A stretch of 36,857 nt of DNA from Hydrurus foetidus (taxonomy: Eukaryota): assembly GCA_900617105.1 (NCBI GenBank), contig UYFQ01000378.1, positions 1-36,857 on the forward strand, written 5' to 3'. How positions within the stretch are numbered: position 1 is the stretch's first letter; every line of letters starts with the position of its first letter. Positions 23,601-35,678 of this stretch are shown here, one piece after another. The notes beneath the pieces are model-generated. The model saw nothing but the letters and a program-made list of their open reading frames with translations. It had not been told where the DNA came from and ran no database searches. The translations under genes and the position numbers were made by a program.

Positions 23601-26600
23601 GATGCAGTAGTTGCTATGCTACTCGAGAGGTTGTATCCATCGCGTAGTACCGCGATTAGAATCGCGTTGAATGAGATCAGGTCAGTTGTCGAATAGAAGA
23701 CGTGCAAAAGAGAAGCTGTGGTTCGGTCTGCATCGCACCCGAATACATGCTGCATAAGGTGCTCCAGCACTGATGCAGTAGTTGCTATGCTACTCGAGAG
23801 GTTGTATCCATCGCGTAGTACCGCGATTAGAATCGCGTTGAATGAGATCAGGTCAGTTGTCGAATAGAAGACGTGCAAAAGAGAAGCTGTGGTTCGGTCT
23901 GCATCGCACCCGAATACATGCTGCATAAGGTGCTCCAGCACTGATGCAGTAGTTGCTATGCTACTCGAGAGGTTGTATCCATCGCGTAGTACCGCGATTA
24001 GAATCGCGTTGAATGAGATCAGGTCAGTTGTCGAATAGAAGACGTGCAAAAGAGAAGCTGTGGTTCGGTCTGCATCGCACCCGAATACATGCTGCATAAG
24101 GTGCTCCAGCACTGATGCAGTAGTTGCTATGCTACTCGAGAGGTTGTATCCATCGCGTAGTACCGCGATTAGAATCGCGTTGAATGAGATCAGGTCAGTT
24201 GTCGAATAGAAGACGTGCAAAAGAGAAGCTGTGGTTCGGTCTGCATCGCACCCGAATACATGCTGCATAAGGTGCTCCAGCACTGATGCAGTAGTTGCTA
24301 TGCTACTCGAGAGGTTGTATCCATCGCGTAGTACCGCGATTAGAATCGCGTTGAATGAGATCAGGTCAGTTGTCGAATAGAAGACGTGCAAAAGAGAAGC
24401 TGTGGTTCGGTCTGCATCGCACCCGAATACATGCTGCATAAGGTGCTCCAGCACTGATGCAGTAGTTGCTATGCTACTCGAGAGGTTGTATCCATCGCGT
24501 AGTACCGCGATTAGAATCGCGTTGAATGAGATCAGGTCAGTTGTCGAATAGAAGACGTGCAAAAGAGAAGCTGTGGTTCGGTCTGCATCGCACCCGAATA
24601 CATGCTGCATAAGGTGCTCCAGCACTGATGCAGTAGTTGCTATGCTACTCGAGAGGTTGTATCCATCGCGTAGTACCGCGATTAGAATCGCGTTGAATGA
24701 GATCAGGTCAGTTGTCGAATAGAAGACGTGCAAAAGAGAAGCTGTGGTTCGGTCTGCATCGCACCCGAATACATGCTGCATAAGGTGCTCCAGCACTGAT
24801 GCAGTAGTTGCTATGCTACTCGAGAGGTTGTATCCATCGCGTAGTACCGCGATTAGAATCGCGTTGAATGAGATCAGGTCAGTTGTCGAATAGAAGACGT
24901 GCAAAAGAGAAGCTGTGGTTCGGTCTGCATCGCACCCGAATACATGCTGCATAAGGTGCTCCAGCACTGATGCAGTAGTTGCTATGCTACTCGAGAGGTT
25001 GTATCCATCGCGTAGTACCGCGATTAGAATCGCGTTGAATGAGATCAGGTCAGTTGTCGAATAGAAGACGTGCAAAAGAGAAGCTGTGGTTCGGTCTGCA
25101 TCGCACCCGAATACATGCTGCATAAGGTGCTCCAGCACTGATGCAGTAGTTGCTATGCTACTCGAGAGGTTGTATCCATCGCGTAGTACCGCGATTAGAA
25201 TCGCGTTGAATGAGATCAGGTCAGTTGTCGAATAGAAGACGTGCAAAAGAGAAGCTGTGGTTCGGTCTGCATCGCACCCGAATACATGCTGCATAAGGTG
25301 CTCCAGCACTGATGCAGTAGTTGCTATGCTACTCGAGAGGTTGTATCCATCGCGTAGTACCGCGATTAGAATCGCGTTGAATGAGATCAGGTCAGTTGTC
25401 GAATAGAAGACGTGCAAAAGAGAAGCTGTGGTTCGGTCTGCATCGCACCCGAATACATGCTGCATAAGGTGCTCCAGCACTGATGCAGTAGTTGCTATGC
25501 TACTCGAGAGGTTGTATCCATCGCGTAGTACCGCGATTAGAATCGCGTTGAATGAGATCAGGTCAGTTGTCGAATAGAAGACGTGCAAAAGAGAAGCTGT
25601 GGTTCGGTCTGCATCGCACCCGAATACATGCTGCATAAGGTGCTCCAGCACTGATGCAGTAGTTGCTATGCTACTCGAGAGGTTGTATCCATCGCGTAGT
25701 ACCGCGATTAGAATCGCGTTGAATGAGATCAGGTCAGTTGTCGAATAGAAGACGTGCAAAAGAGAAGCTGTGGTTCGGTCTGCATCGCACCCGAATACAT
25801 GCTGCATAAGGTGCTCCAGCACTGATGCAGTAGTTGCTATGCTACTCGAGAGGTTGTATCCATCGCGTAGTACCGCGATTAGAATCGCGTTGAATGAGAT
25901 CAGGTCAGTTGTCGAATAGAAGACGTGCAAAAGAGAAGCTGTGGTTCGGTCTGCATCGCACCCGAATACATGCTGCATAAGGTGCTCCAGCACTGATGCA
26001 GTAGTTGCTATGCTACTCGAGAGGTTGTATCCATCGCGTAGTACCGCGATTAGAATCGCGTTGAATGAGATCAGGTCAGTTGTCGAATAGAAGACGTGCA
26101 AAAGAGAAGCTGTGGTTCGGTCTGCATCGCACCCGAATACATGCTGCATAAGGTGCTCCAGCACTGATGCAGTAGTTGCTATGCTACTCGAGAGGTTGTA
26201 TCCATCGCGTAGTACCGCGATTAGAATCGCGTTGAATGAGATCAGGTCAGTTGTCGAATAGAAGACGTGCAAAAGAGAAGCTGTGGTTCGGTCTGCATCG
26301 CACCCGAATACATGCTGCATAAGGTGCTCCAGCACTGATGCAGTAGTTGCTATGCTACTCGAGAGGTTGTATCCATCGCGTAGTACCGCGATTAGAATCG
26401 CGTTGAATGAGATCAGGTCAGTTGTCGAATAGAAGACGTGCAAAAGAGAAGCTGTGGTTCGGTCTGCATCGCACCCGAATACATGCTGCATAAGGTGCTC
26501 CAGCACTGATGCAGTAGTTGCTATGCTACTCGAGAGGTTGTATCCATCGCGTAGTACCGCGATTAGAATCGCGTTGAATGAGATCAGGTCAGTTGTCGAA

Positions 26601-29600
26601 TAGAAGACGTGCAAAAGAGAAGCTGTGGTTCGGTCTGCATCGCACCCGAATACATGCTGCATAAGGTGCTCCAGCACTGATGCAGTAGTTGCTATGCTAC
26701 TCGAGAGGTTGTATCCATCGCGTAGTACCGCGATTAGAATCGCGTTGAATGAGATCAGGTCAGTTGTCGAATAGAAGACGTGCAAAAGAGAAGCTGTGGT
26801 TCGGTCTGCATCGCACCCGAATACATGCTGCATAAGGTGCTCCAGCACTGATGCAGTAGTTGCTATGCTACTCGAGAGGTTGTATCCATCGCGTAGTACC
26901 GCGATTAGAATCGCGTTGAATGAGATCAGGTCAGTTGTCGAATAGAAGACGTGCAAAAGAGAAGCTGTGGTTCGGTCTGCATCGCACCCGAATACATGCT
27001 GCATAAGGTGCTCCAGCACTGATGCAGTAGTTGCTATGCTACTCGAGAGGTTGTATCCATCGCGTAGTACCGCGATTAGAATCGCGTTGAATGAGATCAG
27101 GTCAGTTGTCGAATAGAAGACGTGCAAAAGAGAAGCTGTGGTTCGGTCTGCATCGCACCCGAATACATGCTGCATAAGGTGCTCCAGCACTGATGCAGTA
27201 GTTGCTATGCTACTCGAGAGGTTGTATCCATCGCGTAGTACCGCGATTAGAATCGCGTTGAATGAGATCAGGTCAGTTGTCGAATAGAAGACGTGCAAAA
27301 GAGAAGCTGTGGTTCGGTCTGCATCGCACCCGAATACATGCTGCATAAGGTGCTCCAGCACTGATGCAGTAGTTGCTATGCTACTCGAGAGGTTGTATCC
27401 ATCGCGTAGTACCGCGATTAGAATCGCGTTGAATGAGATCAGGTCAGTTGTCGAATAGAAGACGTGCAAAAGAGAAGCTGTGGTTCGGTCTGCATCGCAC
27501 CCGAATACATGCTGCATAAGGTGCTCCAGCACTGATGCAGTAGTTGCTATGCTACTCGAGAGGTTGTATCCATCGCGTAGTACCGCGATTAGAATCGCGT
27601 TGAATGAGATCAGGTCAGTTGTCGAATAGAAGACGTGCAAAAGAGAAGCTGTGGTTCGGTCTGCATCGCACCCGAATACATGCTGCATAAGGTGCTCCAG
27701 CACTGATGCAGTAGTTGCTATGCTACTCGAGAGGTTGTATCCATCGCGTAGTACCGCGATTAGAATCGCGTTGAATGAGATCAGGTCAGTTGTCGAATAG
27801 AAGACGTGCAAAAGAGAAGCTGTGGTTCGGTCTGCATCGCACCCGAATACATGCTGCATAAGGTGCTCCAGCACTGATGCAGTAGTTGCTATGCTACTCG
27901 AGAGGTTGTATCCATCGCGTAGTACCGCGATTAGAATCGCGTTGAATGAGATCAGGTCAGTTGTCGAATAGAAGACGTGCAAAAGAGAAGCTGTGGTTCG
28001 GTCTGCATCGCACCCGAATACATGCTGCATAAGGTGCTCCAGCACTGATGCAGTAGTTGCTATGCTACTCGAGAGGTTGTATCCATCGCGTAGTACCGCG
28101 ATTAGAATCGCGTTGAATGAGATCAGGTCAGTTGTCGAATAGAAGACGTGCAAAAGAGAAGCTGTGGTTCGGTCTGCATCGCACCCGAATACATGCTGCA
28201 TAAGGTGCTCCAGCACTGATGCAGTAGTTGCTATGCTACTCGAGAGGTTGTATCCATCGCGTAGTACCGCGATTAGAATCGCGTTGAATGAGATCAGGTC
28301 AGTTGTCGAATAGAAGACGTGCAAAAGAGAAGCTGTGGTTCGGTCTGCATCGCACCCGAATACATGCTGCATAAGGTGCTCCAGCACTGATGCAGTAGTT
28401 GCTATGCTACTCGAGAGGTTGTATCCATCGCGTAGTACCGCGATTAGAATCGCGTTGAATGAGATCAGGTCAGTTGTCGAATAGAAGACGTGCAAAAGAG
28501 AAGCTGTGGTTCGGTCTGCATCGCACCCGAATACATGCTGCATAAGGTGCTCCAGCACTGATGCAGTAGTTGCTATGCTACTCGAGAGGTTGTATCCATC
28601 GCGTAGTACCGCGATTAGAATCGCGTTGAATGAGATCAGGTCAGTTGTCGAATAGAAGACGTGCAAAAGAGAAGCTGTGGTTCGGTCTGCATCGCACCCG
28701 AATACATGCTGCATAAGGTGCTCCAGCACTGATGCAGTAGTTGCTATGCTACTCGAGAGGTTGTATCCATCGCGTAGTACCGCGATTAGAATCGCGTTGA
28801 ATGAGATCAGGTCAGTTGTCGAATAGAAGACGTGCAAAAGAGAAGCTGTGGTTCGGTCTGCATCGCACCCGAATACATGCTGCATAAGGTGCTCCAGCAC
28901 TGATGCAGTAGTTGCTATGCTACTCGAGAGGTTGTATCCATCGCGTAGTACCGCGATTAGAATCGCGTTGAATGAGATCAGGTCAGTTGTCGAATAGAAG
29001 ACGTGCAAAAGAGAAGCTGTGGTTCGGTCTGCATCGCACCCGAATACATGCTGCATAAGGTGCTCCAGCACTGATGCAGTAGTTGCTATGCTACTCGAGA
29101 GGTTGTATCCATCGCGTAGTACCGCGATTAGAATCGCGTTGAATGAGATCAGGTCAGTTGTCGAATAGAAGACGTGCAAAAGAGAAGCTGTGGTTCGGTC
29201 TGCATCGCACCCGAATACATGCTGCATAAGGTGCTCCAGCACTGATGCAGTAGTTGCTATGCTACTCGAGAGGTTGTATCCATCGCGTAGTACCGCGATT
29301 AGAATCGCGTTGAATGAGATCAGGTCAGTTGTCGAATAGAAGACGTGCAAAAGAGAAGCTGTGGTTCGGTCTGCATCGCACCCGAATACATGCTGCATAA
29401 GGTGCTCCAGCACTGATGCAGTAGTTGCTATGCTACTCGAGAGGTTGTATCCATCGCGTAGTACCGCGATTAGAATCGCGTTGAATGAGATCAGGTCAGT
29501 TGTCGAATAGAAGACGTGCAAAAGAGAAGCTGTGGTTCGGTCTGCATCGCACCCGAATACATGCTGCATAAGGTGCTCCAGCACTGATGCAGTAGTTGCT

Positions 29601-32600
29601 ATGCTACTCGAGAGGTTGTATCCATCGCGTAGTACCGCGATTAGAATCGCGTTGAATGAGATCAGGTCAGTTGTCGAATAGAAGACGTGCAAAAGAGAAG
29701 CTGTGGTTCGGTCTGCATCGCACCCGAATACATGCTGCATAAGGTGCTCCAGCACTGATGCAGTAGTTGCTATGCTACTCGAGAGGTTGTATCCATCGCG
29801 TAGTACCGCGATTAGAATCGCGTTGAATGAGATCAGGTCAGTTGTCGAATAGAAGACGTGCAAAAGAGAAGCTGTGGTTCGGTCTGCATCGCACCCGAAT
29901 ACATGCTGCATAAGGTGCTCCAGCACTGATGCAGTAGTTGCTATGCTACTCGAGAGGTTGTATCCATCGCGTAGTACCGCGATTAGAATCGCGTTGAATG
30001 AGATCAGGTCAGTTGTCGAATAGAAGACGTGCAAAAGAGAAGCTGTGGTTCGGTCTGCATCGCACCCGAATACATGCTGCATAAGGTGCTCCAGCACTGA
30101 TGCAGTAGTTGCTATGCTACTCGAGAGGTTGTATCCATCGCGTAGTACCGCGATTAGAATCGCGTTGAATGAGATCAGGTCAGTTGTCGAATAGAAGACG
30201 TGCAAAAGAGAAGCTGTGGTTCGGTCTGCATCGCACCCGAATACATGCTGCATAAGGTGCTCCAGCACTGATGCAGTAGTTGCTATGCTACTCGAGAGGT
30301 TGTATCCATCGCGTAGTACCGCGATTAGAATCGCGTTGAATGAGATCAGGTCAGTTGTCGAATAGAAGACGTGCAAAAGAGAAGCTGTGGTTCGGTCTGC
30401 ATCGCACCCGAATACATGCTGCATAAGGTGCTCCAGCACTGATGCAGTAGTTGCTATGCTACTCGAGAGGTTGTATCCATCGCGTAGTACCGCGATTAGA
30501 ATCGCGTTGAATGAGATCAGGTCAGTTGTCGAATAGAAGACGTGCAAAAGAGAAGCTGTGGTTCGGTCTGCATCGCACCCGAATACATGCTGCATAAGGT
30601 GCTCCAGCACTGATGCAGTAGTTGCTATGCTACTCGAGAGGTTGTATCCATCGCGTAGTACCGCGATTAGAATCGCGTTGAATGAGATCAGGTCAGTTGT
30701 CGAATAGAAGACGTGCAAAAGAGAAGCTGTGGTTCGGTCTGCATCGCACCCGAATACATGCTGCATAAGGTGCTCCAGCACTGATGCAGTAGTTGCTATG
30801 CTACTCGAGAGGTTGTATCCATCGCGTAGTACCGCGATTAGAATCGCGTTGAATGAGATCAGGTCAGTTGTCGAATAGAAGACGTGCAAAAGAGAAGCTG
30901 TGGTTCGGTCTGCATCGCACCCGAATACATGCTGCATAAGGTGCTCCAGCACTGATGCAGTAGTTGCTATGCTACTCGAGAGGTTGTATCCATCGCGTAG
31001 TACCGCGATTAGAATCGCGTTGAATGAGATCAGGTCAGTTGTCGAATAGAAGACGTGCAAAAGAGAAGCTGTGGTTCGGTCTGCATCGCACCCGAATACA
31101 TGCTGCATAAGGTGCTCCAGCACTGATGCAGTAGTTGCTATGCTACTCGAGAGGTTGTATCCATCGCGTAGTACCGCGATTAGAATCGCGTTGAATGAGA
31201 TCAGGTCAGTTGTCGAATAGAAGACGTGCAAAAGAGAAGCTGTGGTTCGGTCTGCATCGCACCCGAATACATGCTGCATAAGGTGCTCCAGCACTGATGC
31301 AGTAGTTGCTATGCTACTCGAGAGGTTGTATCCATCGCGTAGTACCGCGATTAGAATCGCGTTGAATGAGATCAGGTCAGTTGTCGAATAGAAGACGTGC
31401 AAAAGAGAAGCTGTGGTTCGGTCTGCATCGCACCCGAATACATGCTGCATAAGGTGCTCCAGCACTGATGCAGTAGTTGCTATGCTACTCGAGAGGTTGT
31501 ATCCATCGCGTAGTACCGCGATTAGAATCGCGTTGAATGAGATCAGGTCAGTTGTCGAATAGAAGACGTGCAAAAGAGAAGCTGTGGTTCGGTCTGCATC
31601 GCACCCGAATACATGCTGCATAAGGTGCTCCAGCACTGATGCAGTAGTTGCTATGCTACTCGAGAGGTTGTATCCATCGCGTAGTACCGCGATTAGAATC
31701 GCGTTGAATGAGATCAGGTCAGTTGTCGAATAGAAGACGTGCAAAAGAGAAGCTGTGGTTCGGTCTGCATCGCACCCGAATACATGCTGCATAAGGTGCT
31801 CCAGCACTGATGCAGTAGTTGCTATGCTACTCGAGAGGTTGTATCCATTGAGTAGTACCGCGATTAGAATCGCGTTGAATGAGATGGACAGTTAGATAAT
31901 GAGAATACGATATTAATTTTGCCGCCAGGTAAGTTGGTTGATGACACAGTGAAAGTGGCTGGGGCATGGTCAAGTTTGCCGCCGCCGGTGGGAATGATAT
32001 CTGCGATAGTTGCTATGCTACTCGAGAGGTTGTTTCCATCGCGTAGTACCGCGATTAGAATCGCGTTGAATGAGATCAGGTCAGTTGTCGAATAGAAGAC
32101 GTGCAAAAGAGAAGCTGTGGTTCGGTCTGCATCGCACCCGAATACATGCTGCATAAGGTGCTCCAGCACTGATGCAGTAGTTGCTATGCTACTCGAGAGG
32201 TTGTATCCATCGCGTAGTACCGCGATTAGAATCGCGTTGAATGAGATCAGGTCAGTTGTCGAATAGAAGACGTGCAAAAGAGAAGCTGTGGTTCGGTCTG
32301 CATCGCACCCGAATACATGCTGCATAAGGTGCTCCAGCACTGATGCAGTAGTTGCTATGCTACTCGAGAGGTTGTATCCATTGAGTAGTACCGCGATTAG
32401 AATCGCGTTGAATGAGATCAGGTCAGTTGTCGAATAGAAGACGTGCAAAAGAGAAGCTGTGGTTCGGTCTGCATCGCACCCGAATACATGCTGCATAAGG
32501 TGCTCCAGCACTGATGCAGTAGTTGCTATGCTACTCGAGAGGTTGTATCCATCGCGTAGTACCGCGATTAGAATCGCGTTGAATGAGATCAGGTCAGTTG

Positions 32601-34620
32601 TCGAATAGAAGACGTGCAAAAGAGAAGCTGTGGTTCGGTCTGCATCGCACCCGAATACATGCTGCATAAGGTGCTCCAGCACTGATGCAGTAGTTGCTAT
32701 GCTACTCGAGAGGTTGTATCCATCGCGTAGTACCGCGATTAGAATCGCGTTGAATGAGATCAGGTCAGTTGTCGAATAGAAGACGTGCAAAAGAGAAGCT
32801 GTGGTTCGGTCTGCATCGCACCCGAATACATGCTGCATAAGGTGCTCCAGCACTGATGCAGTAGTTGCTATGCTACTCGAGAGGTTGTATCCATTGAGTA
32901 GTACCGCGATTAGAATCGCGTTGAATGCTTGGACAATTAGATAATGGAATACGATATTAATTTTGCCGCCAGGTAAGTTGGTTGATGACACAGTTAAAAA
33001 GGCTGGGGCATGGTCAAGTTTGCCGCCGCCGGTGGGAATGCTATCTGCGATAGTTGCTATGCTACTCGAGAGGTTGTTTCCATCGCGTAGTACCGCGATT
33101 AGAATCGCGTTGAATGAGATCAGGTCAGTTGTCGAATAGAAGACGTGCAAAAGAGAAGCTGTGGTTCGGTCTGCATCGCACCTGAATACATGCTGCATAA
33201 GGTGCTCCAGCACTGATGCAGTAGTTGCTATGCTACTCGAGAGGTTGTATCCATTGAGTAGTACCGCGATTAGAATCGCGTTGAATGCTTGGACAATTAG
33301 ATAATGAGATACGATATTAATTTTGCCGCCAGGTAAGTTGGTTGATGACACAGTGAAAGTGGCTGGGGCATGGTCAAGTTTGCCGCCGCCGGTGGGAATG
33401 CTATCTGCGATAGTTGCTATGCTACTCGAGAGGTTGTATCCATCGCGTAGTACCGCGATTAGAATCGCGTTGAATGAGATCAGGTCAGTTGTCGAATAGA
33501 AGACGTGCAAAAGAGAAGCTGTGGTTCGGTCTGCATCGCACCCGAATACATGCTGCATAAGGTGCTCCAGCACTGATGCAGTAGTTGCTATGCTACTCGA
33601 GAGGTTGTATCCATTGAGTAGTACCGCGATTAGAATCGCGTTGAATGCTTGGACAATTAGATAATGGAATACGATATTAATTTTGCCGCCAGGTAAGTTG
33701 GTTGATGACACAGTGAAAGTGGCTGGGGCATGGTCAAGTTTGCAGCCGCCGGTGGGAATGATATCTGCGATAGTTGCTATGCTACTCGAGAGGTTGTTTC
33801 CATCGCGTAGTACCGCGATTAGAATCGCGTTGAATGAGATCAGGTCAGTTGTCGAATAGAAGACGTGCAAAAGAGAAGCTGTGGTTCGGTCTTCATCGCA
33901 CCTGAATACATGCTGCATAAGGTGCTCCAGCACTGATGCAGTAGTTGCTATGCTACTCGAGAGGTTGTATCCATTGCGTAGTACCGCGATTAGAATCGCG
34001 TTGAATGCTTGGACAATTAGATAATGAGATACGATATTAATTTTGCCGCCAGGTAAGTTGGTTGATGACACAGTGAAAGTGGCTGGGGCATGGTCAAGTT
34101 TGCCGCCGCCGGTGGGAATGATATCTGCGATAGTTGCTATGCTACTCGAGAGGTTGTATCCATCGCGTAGTACCGCGATTAGAATCGCGTTGAATGAGAT
34201 CAGGTCAGTTGTCGAATAGAAGACGTGCAAAAGAGAAGCTGTGGTTCGGTCTGCATCGCACCTGAATACATGCTGCATAAGGTGCTCCAGCACTGATGCA
34301 GTAGTTGCTATGCTACTCGAAAGACTGTATCCATTGAGTAGTACCGCGATTAGAATCGCGTTGAATGCTTGGACAATTAGATAATGAGATACGATATTAA
34401 TTTTGCCGCCAGGTAAGTTGGTTGATGACACAGTGAAAGTGGCTGGGGCATGGTCAAGTTTGCCGCCGCCGGTGGGAATGCTATCTGCGATAGTTGCTAT
34501 GCTACTCGAAAGACTGTATCCATTGAGTAGTACCGCGATTAGAATCGCGTTGAATGCTTGGACAATTAGATAATGAGATGCGATATTAATTTTGCCGCCA
34601 GGTAAGTTGGTTGATGACAC
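14618..34620 (-). CDS. Doubtful giant repeat ORF (57-aa and 63-aa units; 918 aa + 5729 aa split by one frameshift at about 31885-31905)
   Basis: One minus-strand frame is open through both unit types, both unit lengths are multiples of 3, and the frame ends in unique sequence (ASTLRILAQFK*). There is no recognisable domain or clear ATG context, and the visible variants often change amino acids, so coding status is unproven. Confidence 0.25.
14641..31881. repeat. Homogeneous 171-bp tandem array: a partial unit plus 100 apparently identical units
   Basis: The line pattern recurs every 3420 bp (20 x 171) at 14701, 18121, 21541, 24961, 28381 and 31801. The unit is a 66-bp constant segment (TAGTTGCTATG...GTTGAATG, first at 14716) plus the 105-bp segment A. 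No variant was seen in the 57-aa translation except at the ends. Confidence 0.97.
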
Positions 34621-34686
34621 AGTGAAAGTGGCTGGGGCATTGTCGAAGGCCCAAGTTTGCCGCCGCCGGTGGGAATGCTATCGGCG
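31816..34686. repeat. Heterogeneous array end: constant segment alternating with segment A (171-bp unit) or segment B (189-bp unit), forming a 360-bp higher-order repeat
   Basis: Constant segments start at 31816(B), 32007(A), 32178(A), 32349(A), 32520(A), 32691(A), 32862(B), 33051(A), 33222(B), 33411(A), 33582(B), 33771(A), 33942(B), 34131(A), 34302(B) and 34491(B). Point variants increase toward the right. Confidence 0.93.
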
Positions 34687-35471
34687 ACAATGATGGAGGA
34701 GCAATAGTTTCTTGAGGCTGTGGACTCTCTTCGCATTTGTACAAAGATGGGTTGGGCCGTGGAGGATGAGCACCAATGTTGTTCGCGACGAGAGGTATTT
34801 CAATTTTGAGATCTAGAAGCTGGGAGCCTCACATTTTGAAAAAAGCGGTTACAGATGGGGTAGCAGAACATCAAGGACCAGCCGCGAAGATTCCGCGGTG
34901 TTCTGAACGTTCTCCTGCGAGTTGTGGTGTGCTGTTGTACGATGGTGGAGAGGCGATTTCAATTCGATATCGATCAGTAATCTTCGATGGACCGAACTTC
35001 CTTTCAAGCCTTCAATTTTCGCAGGATCCTGAAAGGAAACGGACACGAAGTGTTTTCTGGACATACGTCAGTGTTTTCCGAATTCCGATTGTTTTAAGAT
35101 TTTTCAAGTAATTTAAGATATTCTGAAGGCTCCGGCGAAGTATCGGCGAGAAACAGCAGAATCCGTGAAATCCTCACTGGCGAAAAATCGCCGCGTTGCA
35201 GCGATTAATTAGTATTTTCTATTTTGTATTTCGTATTTCGTCCAACCGTATGGATTGACCTCAGGCCACCGGAAAAAATTCTCACAACATGCCTCCCACC
35301 CAATTTTCAATAAATTTTAAAACATACCGTCTCCTCCCATATGTTTTTTTGCTTTGAGTGGGGATGACGGAAATCCAACTTCCTGTTCTCTTCTCGGCGA
35401 GACCAGCTTATTATGCTGACAAGTCGCACAAAGATACAACTCGGTCAATATCTCAGGTAATTCAACACCTG

Positions 35472-35678
35472 TGTGGTCGTACCGGGTATACCGTGCCTAC
35501 GGGCCGTACCGGACCTCGTCACGATCCACCCGATCCTTCCGCCTACAGTACACATACATCCCTAGCACGACTAGCTAGCTAGCTGCAGCCTACTTCCAGA
35601 AGTTTATCCTAGCTTCTAGCTTAGCCGTAACTAACTACACCTACTCGTCTTTCGATCTCTTTCTCCATCCGGACTACA
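35472..35678 (+). mobile_element. Probable 5' LTR (207 bp) of an LTR retrotransposon that continues beyond the window
   Basis: It is bounded by an imperfect inverted repeat TGTGGTC...GACTACA (6/7, TG...CA), has a pyrimidine-rich 3' half, and is followed by a ~560-bp leader and a gag-like ORF. The second LTR is not in the window. Confidence 0.5.

Larger units (their letters stand above)
6858..35260. mobile_element. Decayed PIF/Harbinger element E2, expanded to about 28.4 kb by nested cargo
   Basis: The left TIR GGCCATTCCTTATGACG at 6858 is identical to that of E1. The left subterminal ACGAAATACGAAATACAAA (about 6883-6901) is mirrored by TTTGTATTTCGTATTTCGT at 35223-35241, followed by a degenerate TIR (GTATGGATTGACC versus ATAAGGAATGGCC) and TCA. 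No nearer right TIR was found. The left part (6858-~10800) is secure; the right end is inferred. Confidence 0.6.

Noticed and set aside
14716..31815. Primate alpha satellite (same 171-bp period)
   Set aside because: Only the length matches. The unit is about 48% GC and shows no alphoid or CENP-B-box similarity that I can recognise.
14641..34686. CRISPR array
   Set aside because: The context is eukaryotic with no cas genes. The constant segment is 66 bp, and the spacers are only two sequences repeated many times rather than unique.
34776..35111. 111-aa ORF next to the array
   Set aside because: It has no recognisable motif or coding-like composition and cannot be supported.
10819..35209. TTAAT direct repeat as the exact Crypton insertion boundary
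   Set aside because: A 5-bp AT-rich word occurs too often to define breakpoints without an empty-site comparison.
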